64,000 nt of DNA, taken from positions 56,149 through 120,148 of the forward strand of contig LBOM01000004.1 in assembly GCA_000989515.1 (NCBI GenBank). The letters are read 5' to 3'. The translations under genes were made by a program, and so were the position numbers. Each line of letters opens with the position of its first letter. Position 1 is the first letter of the stretch. This DNA is from Candidatus Nomurabacteria bacterium GW2011_GWE1_32_28. Its GTDB lineage: Bacteria > Patescibacteriota > Minisyncoccia > Phycocordibacterales > UBA9973. The notes under the pieces were generated by a model, which made no database searches, was not told the DNA's origin, and saw only the letters and a program-made list of their open reading frames with translations. Shown one piece after another: positions 42,729 through 50,503 of the stretch.

Positions 42729-42976
42729 AGTTTTACTACTTTCCATCCAAGTCACAAACCACAAAACATGATATTACACATGAATCACAATTCTCTATTT
42801 TATCTGGCAACACAATTACTTACTTGCCTTAAAAAGTAATAAGCAGTATCCCTTGTTACAGCGACACTCTTATAGTAACCATAATCACTATAATTCTGGT
42901 CGGAGATTTTTCATAAGAGAAAGAGTTCGGTAATAGTCATCCTTAAACGACTATACACTAACCTAGACTCACAATT

Positions 42977-43004
42977 ACTATATCAATTTTTAAATTAAAC
43001 GCAA
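42977..43004 (-). promoter_or_regulatory. Promoter for the TR-containing RNA
   Basis: TTGCGT-16-TATAGT with extended TG, followed by about 240 nt of hairpin-rich leader without a convincing ORF. Confidence 0.6.
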
Positions 43005-43005
43005 A

Positions 43006-43035
43006 AATAGGGTCATCCATGTGGATAACCCTATT
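43006..43035 (-). terminator. Hairpin downstream of VR (terminator or DGR target-recognition hairpin)
   Basis: AATAGGGTCATCCA-TG-TGGATAACCCTATT; the single mismatch is a G-U pair on the minus strand. Confidence 0.7.
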
Positions 43036-43098
43036 CAAAAAAATTTTTGAAATCAAGAATCAAAGAAACAAAAGATTCAAGAATTCAAATTACAAGGA

Positions 43099-43926
43099 TC
43101 AATTCTGTGGAACAAACCCCGACACCGAGCCATAGCGACCGCCGGCACCGGACACACCGCTGGTGCCGAACTCCAACTCGCCGCCAAAGAAGCGGAAGAA
43201 AGGAGCCCTCGAGAAGACACCATCACCACCAGGAGCAGGAGCAAATTCGTCACCTGCACAATCGGTATCAAGTTCTTTGGAGCAGACGTGACGGTCAGGG
43301 TGAACCAATGCCATACAGCCAAGAGCAAAGGATGTTAAACCAAATTCGTTGTCTAAGAAAGTTTCTCTTGCACGGCGAACTGATTTGCCACGATGTCTCA
43401 TTCCGTATTGAACGGCGAGAATCAGAATATCACCCTGTTGTTCAGATTCCAATTGTTCTAGGAAACTGAGGGTACGGGGATGTTCGCGAATCTGTGCAGT
43501 GGTAATCTGACCTTTAAGGTAATTGTAGAAGCTACGGCTTTCAGCAAGTTTGCTGTGAACCAATTTTGTAGCTTCACAATACTGTTCGGCAGAATCGGTA
43601 ATCGCAGAAAAATGTTTTTTTGCAACTGATGATACTTTTGGAATGGCGAACCATCCTTCGGCACCTTCAGGTAATGCGGGTAACATTTTAATAAATTCCA
43701 ATGCTTCTTTTGAATCAACTCCAAAAATAGTTGCAATGGTTTTTACCTGCTCATCAATTGGCTTCAGTTTGTACTTATTTGGATAAGTATAGCTTGAGCT
43801 AACTACCTCATCGGCGTACTTGTTTGGTGGTGTTGTCATATCCAGAATGATAGCTTTTACAGCTTCTCTGCCAAGATATGCGACTTTGTCTGTTTGAGCA
43901 AACGTGATCAACTTTTCTGTTGTCAT
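43099..43926 (-). CDS. DGR target protein (275 aa) with C-terminal variable region
   Basis: AAAAGGA RBS before ATG 43926 (MTTEKL). C-terminus DCAGDEF...APFFRFFGGELEFGTSGVSGAGGRYGSVSGFVPQN is encoded by the repeat. Confidence 0.88.
   Translation of the reverse strand: MTTEKLITFAQTDKVAYLGREAVKAIILDMTTPPNKYADEVVSSSYTYPNKYKLKPIDEQVKTIATIFGVDSKEALEFIKMLPALPEGAEGWFAIPKVSSVAKKHFSAITDSAEQYCEATKLVHSKLAESRSFYNYLKGQITTAQIREHPRTLSFLEQLESEQQGDILILAVQYGMRHRGKSVRRARETFLDNEFGLTSFALGCMALVHPDRHVCSKELDTDCAGDEFAPAPGGDGVFSRAPFFRFFGGELEFGTSGVSGAGGRYGSVSGFVPQN
43105..43233 (-). repeat. DGR variable repeat (VR)
   Basis: Gene-terminal and GC-rich, with only 9 adenines in 129 nt on the coding strand. Homologous to 42600-42728. 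Confidence 0.85.
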
Positions 43927-44015
43927 TGTCTTATCCTTTTTAGATTTAAAGAACTGGGTCCCGACACCCAAGTTCCATGTGTTAAATAGAGGTCGGGTAT
44001 CGTTTACTAGATATT

Positions 44016-44043
44016 AGTATATCATATTCAATCTTTTTGTCAA
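44016..44043 (-). promoter_or_regulatory. Near-consensus promoter of the DGR target gene
   Basis: TTGACA-16-TATACT with extended TG. Confidence 0.8.
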
Positions 44044-44280
44044 CTCATAGATTTACATGAATTAAAAAATTAAATTATAATTCACATATTGAAAAATTTA
44101 ATCAAACCTTGCAAGAAAAATGTCTAAAAAAATATCAGCAGATGCTTTTTAAATTAATTACAAACTTAAAAAATGTTTGAGATACTATAATTATCAAAGA
44201 CTAAACGTGGAAATTAATTTAAAAACATCAAGTCAATTATTAACAAAGTGATTCCAAACTATTAATTATTTCAATAATTT

Positions 44281-46527
44281 TTATTTAGCAATAGCTGCGG
44301 CTTCGTCAAGTTTTACTGAAAGAAGTTTTGAGGCACCATCAGAACCCACTGTGACACCATAAAGAATACCAGCACGAGACATAGTCTCTCTGTTGTGTGT
44401 AACAACAATAAGCTGAGAATGATGAGAAAGCTTTTCCAACATATCTCCGTATTTACGAGAATTTGCCTCATCGAGTGCTGCATCTGTCTCATCTAAAACT
44501 AAAAATGGTGGTGGATTTACTTGCGACATAGCAAAAAGAAGAGCAATAGAAGTAAGTGATCTCTCACCACCTGAAAGTGCATTAAGTTCTTTTACTTTTT
44601 TATGAGGAAGCGAAACATTTATCTCAATACCCTGTTCAAAAACAATATTTTCTCCTTCTTCTGTATTTGATTCATCATCATTCTTCTTCCTTTTATTTTC
44701 AGTTACTATGGAAAGATAACCCTCTCCACCACCAAACATTAATGAGAAAAAATTACTAAATTCTATATTTATTTTTTTAATACCTTCTTTAAACTCTATA
44801 TCAATTTTTTCTTTTAAATCTGCCATTAATACACGAAGTGCTTCTATGCTTTTGGATAAGTCTTCCATTTCTTTAGCTAAAAAGTTATCTCTTTCTGAAA
44901 CTTCTTGAAACTCTTTAATAACTTCAGCCCCACCACCTAGGCCAACATCTTCTAATTTTATTTTAATACGTTCAATTTTACGTTTTAATTCTTCTTGTAT
45001 ACTTCTATCTATATTTTCCTCTATAACAAAATCTTTATAAGACAATATTTCAATACCAATAAGCACTGAGCCTTCTTTTATCTCATTTTCAAAAGATTCC
45101 ATTTCTTTTAATAAATTCCTTTCTTTTATTAAAATAAGCTCTAATGCAGAAGTTAATTCTTGATACTTGACCCTAAGATTAAATCTTTCTTTTTCTTTTA
45201 AATATATGTCTTCATTGTCTTGATTAATCTCTCTTTTTAATATATCTATATTTTCAATAATCTTATTTTCCTCTTCTTTGATGTTCTGCATTTCTGTTAA
45301 AATCTCCTGCTGATTTTTCTTTAATAATTCTAACTCAGGATTTAAAATTGAATTTAAATTTTGTGAAGAATCTTCTATGGAAACTTTTGGCAAAAGTTCT
45401 TTTAAAATATCTTTTATATGTAAAAGAATATTTTTAATATCTGACAAATCTTCCTTATTTATAGCTTCATTTATAAAATCATTTATTTCATTAAATATTG
45501 TTTTTACTTTCTCTTCTGAAATTAGTACAACAGATTCTGGTATTTTTGTTTCTTTTCTCTTTTCTTCCACTTCCATCATTCCCTCTATTCTTCCCAACTT
45601 ACGTTCTATCTCACTCTTAATTCCTCTAATTTCGTATACCTTCTTTTCAAGTATTTTTAATTCTTTTTCTTTTTCACTTTCTTCTCTTGTACTAACTTCT
45701 TCAACAGAAGAAATTTTTTCTTTTATATTTTCTAATTCTGAAGAAATTTTTTCTTTTTCCTTTAAAAGAAAAAACTGTTCTTTTTCTAAATAGACACTCT
45801 CTTTTTTAAGATATTCTTGATAAAAAGACAACAATGTAATTTGCATCTCTTTTGCCTTTTCAAATTTATCTACCTGTTTTTTGAGAAAATTTAAATGAGG
45901 TGCATTTTCTCTACGTAAAAGTGATACCTCTTTCATATTGTCTGTAGTTCTTTCCAATTTACGCTGTGCTTCTTTTATTTTATATTGAAAAATTTTAAGC
46001 CCAAGTGCATCTTCTACCATTTCTCTTCTATCTTTTGATGATGCATTAAGGATTCTATCTGCTTCTCCTTGTGAAATAATATGATGGTGAGATGAACCTA
46101 TGTTTACAGAAGATAAAAGATTATTAATATCTCTCAGCCTAACTTCTGAACCATTTAAAATATATTTATTTAATCCATCAGAATAAACTTCACGAGAAAT
46201 TGAAATAGTCTCATAATTTAAATTAATATTTTCACCTGCCCCATTTATAAGTTTAAAAACCTTATCAGAGTTATTAAAATAAATTGTTACACTTGCGCGT
46301 GAACTTTTAGGTAAATTTTTAGATCCTTTAAAAATCAAGTCAGAACCAGATGATCCACGCATGGATTTGATTGACTGTTCTCCTAAAACAAAACGTAATG
46401 CTTCTACTACGTTTGATTTACCAGATCCATTAGGGCCAACAATAGAAACAATGGAATTTTGAAACTCTAAAACTGTTTTTTTAGAAAAAGATTTAAAACC
46501 ATTTAATTCAAGATTCTTTAGTCGCAT
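44281..46527 (-). CDS. smc: SMC-family ATPase, short form
   Basis: GFKSF, GPNGSGKSN, LSGGE, LDETDAALD, VTHN. Confidence 0.92.
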   Translation of the reverse strand: MRLKNLELNGFKSFSKKTVLEFQNSIVSIVGPNGSGKSNVVEALRFVLGEQSIKSMRGSSGSDLIFKGSKNLPKSSRASVTIYFNNSDKVFKLINGAGENINLNYETISISREVYSDGLNKYILNGSEVRLRDINNLLSSVNIGSSHHHIISQGEADRILNASSKDRREMVEDALGLKIFQYKIKEAQRKLERTTDNMKEVSLLRRENAPHLNFLKKQVDKFEKAKEMQITLLSFYQEYLKKESVYLEKEQFFLLKEKEKISSELENIKEKISSVEEVSTREESEKEKELKILEKKVYEIRGIKSEIERKLGRIEGMMEVEEKRKETKIPESVVLISEEKVKTIFNEINDFINEAINKEDLSDIKNILLHIKDILKELLPKVSIEDSSQNLNSILNPELELLKKNQQEILTEMQNIKEEENKIIENIDILKREINQDNEDIYLKEKERFNLRVKYQELTSALELILIKERNLLKEMESFENEIKEGSVLIGIEILSYKDFVIEENIDRSIQEELKRKIERIKIKLEDVGLGGGAEVIKEFQEVSERDNFLAKEMEDLSKSIEALRVLMADLKEKIDIEFKEGIKKINIEFSNFFSLMFGGGEGYLSIVTENKRKKNDDESNTEEGENIVFEQGIEINVSLPHKKVKELNALSGGERSLTSIALLFAMSQVNPPPFLVLDETDAALDEANSRKYGDMLEKLSHHSQLIVVTHNRETMSRAGILYGVTVGSDGASKLLSVKLDEAAAIAK

Positions 46528-46528
46528 A

Positions 46529-47224
46529 TTATTCCATCCAGTCTCTTATTTTTAATGCTGATTCAGCCGCTTTCTGTTCTGCCTCTTGTTTTGATTTACC
46601 TTTGCCTTCAGCAATCAAGTCAAGACCAAACAAAATACCAACAGTAAAATGTTTATCATGGTCAGGTCCTGACTCATGTAAAACTTTATAAAAAGGAGTA
46701 ACACCAACAAATTCTTGAGCTTTTTCTTGTACTAAACTTTTTGCATCACGCCAAAGTTTTTTAGAGACAATTTCTTCTGTATGAGGTAAAAGAGAAGTTT
46801 CAATAAATTTATTAACAACTTCATAGCCTTGATCTAAATAAACAGCACCGATGTATGCTTCGTACGTATTAGCTAAAATATATTGCCTAGCCCTCCCGTT
46901 ATCTTTAGCTTCACCTTTAGATAAAAGCAAAAAATCATTCATCCCAACCTTTAATGCAATTTCAGAAATTATAATAGCGTTAACAAGAGCAGAACGAACT
47001 GCAGTCAATTCACCTTCTGTATAATTTGGGTATTTTTTATAAAGAAAATCAGTAACAATGAGTTCTAATACTGCATCACCTAAAAATTCTAAACGTTCAT
47101 TATGCGAAATATTAGATCCTGGATTTTCATTGATATATGAACGATGAATAAAAGCCTGTTTAAGCAAGTTTTTATCTTTAAAAAATATTCCTGTATTTTT
47201 TTCAAAATCTGAAAATTTAATCAT
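46529..47224 (-). CDS. rnc: Ribonuclease III
   Basis: NERLEFLGDAVL plus dsRBD. Confidence 0.97.
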   Translation of the reverse strand: MIKFSDFEKNTGIFFKDKNLLKQAFIHRSYINENPGSNISHNERLEFLGDAVLELIVTDFLYKKYPNYTEGELTAVRSALVNAIIISEIALKVGMNDFLLLSKGEAKDNGRARQYILANTYEAYIGAVYLDQGYEVVNKFIETSLLPHTEEIVSKKLWRDAKSLVQEKAQEFVGVTPFYKVLHESGPDHDKHFTVGILFGLDLIAEGKGKSKQEAEQKAAESALKIRDWME

Positions 47225-47225
47225 T

Positions 47226-48146
47226 TTATTTTTTAGTTAATATTTCAATCGCACGAGTTATAAGTGGAATAATGTCATTATAAACACGAAGTTCTGGTAA
47301 TTCTTTAAGTTGAAACCAACGAGCATTATCTAACCCACCAGAATCTCCTAATTTAAGTTCAGTATATTCACTTTCTGCCAAGAAATACACAACTTTTTTT
47401 AAAATCTTACCTTTTTCTGGATGTGAGGCTACATATTCATTTTCACCAATTTTTTCTTTTATTGTGATATCAAGACCAACTTCTTCTTTTATTTCCCTTA
47501 TTGTTCCATCTTCTGTCTCTTCATTTTCTTCTATTCTACCCTTAGACAAAGTCCAGTAACCAAAAACATCATGTACTAATGCAAAAAAGAAAGCACCATC
47601 TTTTTTAGCATATATCAATGCCCCACCAAGTTTTTCAACTGGTAATTTTGAAACATCTAGAGGTTCTTCATTTTCTTTCTTTTTACTTATTTGCTCTTTT
47701 CCTGGTTCTCCTATTTCTTTATAAACTGCACCAAGTACACCATTTACAAATTTACTAGAATTTTCTCCACCAAAAGTTTTTGCTAATTCAATTGCTTCAT
47801 TTATAGCAACCTTTGGAGGTACTTGATTTCTATCACCAAAAAGAAGCTCTGTTAAACCAATCCTTAAAATATTTCTATCAACAATAGAAATTTTATCTAA
47901 TGGCCAATCTGGTGCTGCTTTTTCTATTATTTCATCAATTACTTTACAATTTTTAAAAACTTCTTTTATTAATGTAGACACAAAAAAATCATCCTCGAGG
48001 CCAGGAGCAAATTCTTTAAGATTTCTATTTAAAGCTTCTTTTTTTTTATCATCAGTCCAAGCATTATCTTGTTCTGACGTAGTAATAAAATCCCACTCAA
48101 AAAGTGTCTGTAATACTATTGATCTTGAAAGGTGCCTATTTGCCAT
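47226..48146 (-). CDS. nusB: NusB fused to a C-terminal NUDIX domain
   Basis: VDRNILR...[14 protein letters not shown]...FVNGVLG, then Nudix box [23 protein letters not shown]. Confidence 0.92.
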   Translation of the reverse strand: MANRHLSRSIVLQTLFEWDFITTSEQDNAWTDDKKKEALNRNLKEFAPGLEDDFFVSTLIKEVFKNCKVIDEIIEKAAPDWPLDKISIVDRNILRIGLTELLFGDRNQVPPKVAINEAIELAKTFGGENSSKFVNGVLGAVYKEIGEPGKEQISKKKENEEPLDVSKLPVEKLGGALIYAKKDGAFFFALVHDVFGYWTLSKGRIEENEETEDGTIREIKEEVGLDITIKEKIGENEYVASHPEKGKILKKVVYFLAESEYTELKLGDSGGLDNARWFQLKELPELRVYNDIIPLITRAIEILTKK

Positions 48147-48225
48147 AATTTTGGACTTTAGGCTTCAAATTTTAGGCCTTAATTAACTTAAATATTGCCT
48201 AGGATTTATAGCCTAAGTATTCTAT

Positions 48226-48453
48226 TTATTTTGCTTCCGCTTTTTTTGCTTTTTCTTTCTTTTGTTTTCTCTCTATCTTTTTAATCAAATCTAGGACTTT
48301 TTTCCCACGATAAAAACCGCAAGATGCACAAACTGTGTGACGTTTCTTAAAACTTTGACAATTGGCACATTTAGTAAGACCCGTACTCACCAATGCATGA
48401 TGTGAACGTCTATTTGCTGTATGTGATTTTGTATGTCTCATTCGTACTACCAT
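48226..48453 (-). CDS. rpmF: 50S ribosomal protein L32
   Basis: RRSHHAL...CANC...HTVCASCGFYRG. Confidence 0.95.
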   Translation of the reverse strand: MVVRMRHTKSHTANRRSHHALVSTGLTKCANCQSFKKRHTVCASCGFYRGKKVLDLIKKIERKQKKEKAKKAEAK

Positions 48454-48531
48454 AATATATATTATACTAGCATATTAAAGACAGATTGCAAACTACCTTG
48501 TTTTTTAAAAAATATAGTATATTATTAAACC

Positions 48532-48692
48532 AATAGAGATTGTTATGGCTACCAACCATAATCTTGTTATAAACAAGACCAACCGGCTAATCTATAAAAT
48601 ATAAAAAGAACAAAGTTGGGTGGAACCGCGAAATAGACTCGCCCCGACAAAAATGAGAATTTTTTCATTTTTGTCGGGGTGATTTTAATTTT
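48532..48692 (+). promoter_or_regulatory. T-box riboswitch (transcriptional) upstream of thrS
   Basis: T-box GGGTGGAACCGCG (48618-48630), antiterminator partner CTCGCCCC, competing terminator TCGCCCCGACAAAAATGA/TCATTTTTGTCGGGGTGA followed by a T-rich tail. Confidence 0.85.
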
Positions 48693-48712
48693 AATTAAAA
48701 ATAAAAAAATAT

Positions 48713-50458
48713 ATGGAAAATAATAAATTACATAATTTAAGACATTCTCTAGCTCATCTTTTATCAGCGGCAGTACTAGAAATGTACCCAGATACAAAAA
48801 ATACAATAGGACCTTCAATAGAAGATGGTTTTTATTACGACTTTGAGTTCTCGTCCCCTGTTTCTGAAAAAGATTTACCCAAAATAGAAAAGAAAATGAG
48901 AGATATTTTAAAGTCTTGGAAAGAATTCAAGGGTGAAGAAAAAAACCTAGAACAGGCAAAAGAATATTTTTCTGAGAATCAATATAAAATAGAACTCATC
49001 GAAGAAATTGACGAAAAAGGAGAAAAAATAACTTTTTATACTTGTGGTAATTTTACAGATCTTTGTAGAGGTGGACATTTAGAAAATCCATCAAAAGAAA
49101 TAAGCCCAGATTCTTTTAAGCTTGATCGTGTAGCTGGAGCATACTGGAGAGGAGATGAAAAAAATAAAATGCTTACTCGTATCTATGGTCTAGCATTTGA
49201 AACAAAAGAAGAGCTTGAAACTTACATAAACCAAAGAGAAGAAGCAAAAAAAAGAGATCATAAAAAACTAGGTAAAGAATTAAAATTATTTACAATTTCA
49301 GAATTAGTCGGTAAAGGATTACCAATGCTTCTACCAAAAGGTAATATAATCAAAACAGAACTTGAGAAATTTATTCGTGCAAAAAAAGAAAATCTAGAAT
49401 ATTCTTTTGTAACAATTCCACATATTGCAAAAAAGGAACTCTATATAAAAAGTGGTCATATGGGGAAATATGACGCTATGATGCCAACAATGACAGACGA
49501 AAATGGTGATGAATTCGTAATGAAAGCAATGAATTGTCCTCATCATTTTGAAATATACAATTCAGAACCACATACTTATAAAGATCTTCCTCTAAGGATT
49601 GCAGAAAATACAACAGTATATAGAAATGAAAAAAGTGGTGAACTTGCTGGACTTTTAAGAGTAAAAAACATAACTCAAGACGATACTCATCATTTTGTTA
49701 CCCAAAACCAAATAAGAACAGAGATAGAAATGATTTTTAATCTAATGCGTGAAATTTATGAGGTTTTTAATTTTAATGATTACAAAGTTGAAATATCTGT
49801 TAGAGATTATTCAAATAAAGAAAAATATTTTGGTAGTGATGAAATATGGGAAAAAGCTGAAAATATTTTAATAGAATCTGCAAAAAAATTAAATCTTAAA
49901 TATACAATCGAGGAAGGAGAAGCAGCTTTTTACGGACCTAAAATTGATATAAAAGTAAAAGATTCTATAGGTAGAGAATGGCAACTCACAACAATACAAC
50001 TTGACTTTAATCAACCAGAAAATTTTGAAATGGATTATATAGGAGATGATGGCAAAAAACACAGAGTAGTCGTATTACATGTTGCTATCCTTGGTTCATT
50101 TGAAAGATTTATGGGTGTATTAATTGAACATTATGCTGGAAGTTTCCCATTGTGGCTTTCCCCTGTTCAAGTATCTATCATACCCGTAAAAGAAAATCAT
50201 GAAGAAGAAGCAAAAAAACTTTCAAAAATTTTAAAAGAATTCTCTATTCGTACTGAAATCTTTCCAGCTGATAATAGTTTAGGAAAAAGAATTCACCTAG
50301 CAAAAGACATGAAAACTCCTTATGTAATAATATTAGGAGACAAAGAAGCCTCATCTAGTACACTAACAATAGAAAATAGAGATGGTACAAAAACTGAAGG
50401 AATTTCTACTAAAGATTTTTTAGAAAAACTTACACAAGAGATAAAAGACAAAAAATAA
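48713..50458 (+). CDS. thrS: Threonine--tRNA ligase
   Basis: RHSLAHLL, DLCRGGH, KAMNCPHH, GEAAFYGPKID, GSFERF. Confidence 0.97.
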   Translation: MENNKLHNLRHSLAHLLSAAVLEMYPDTKNTIGPSIEDGFYYDFEFSSPVSEKDLPKIEKKMRDILKSWKEFKGEEKNLEQAKEYFSENQYKIELIEEIDEKGEKITFYTCGNFTDLCRGGHLENPSKEISPDSFKLDRVAGAYWRGDEKNKMLTRIYGLAFETKEELETYINQREEAKKRDHKKLGKELKLFTISELVGKGLPMLLPKGNIIKTELEKFIRAKKENLEYSFVTIPHIAKKELYIKSGHMGKYDAMMPTMTDENGDEFVMKAMNCPHHFEIYNSEPHTYKDLPLRIAENTTVYRNEKSGELAGLLRVKNITQDDTHHFVTQNQIRTEIEMIFNLMREIYEVFNFNDYKVEISVRDYSNKEKYFGSDEIWEKAENILIESAKKLNLKYTIEEGEAAFYGPKIDIKVKDSIGREWQLTTIQLDFNQPENFEMDYIGDDGKKHRVVVLHVAILGSFERFMGVLIEHYAGSFPLWLSPVQVSIIPVKENHEEEAKKLSKILKEFSIRTEIFPADNSLGKRIHLAKDMKTPYVIILGDKEASSSTLTIENRDGTKTEGISTKDFLEKLTQEIKDKK

Positions 50459-50500
50459 AATAAAAAAACTTCCTTATTTAAGGAAGTTTTTTTATTTTAT
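50459..50500. terminator. Bidirectional terminator between thrS and gyrB
   Basis: AAAAAAACTTCCTTA-TT-TAAGGAAGTTTTTTT. Confidence 0.85.
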
Positions 50501-50503
50501 TTT

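Noticed and set aside
42540-42764. 74-aa ORF as an independent gene
   Set aside because: It is the open frame of the TR-like repeat, with a TTG start and no clear RBS. A second-target interpretation is not fully excluded.
43047-43736. ORFs 43047+, 43077- and 43458-
   Set aside because: Alternative-frame shadows caused by the higher GC of the target gene.
42239-43971. Currently active, self-contained DGR
   Set aside because: RT and avd are truncated and most TR/VR mismatches are not at adenines.
48567-48818. 83-aa minus-strand ORF
   Set aside because: Antisense to the T-box leader and the thrS start.
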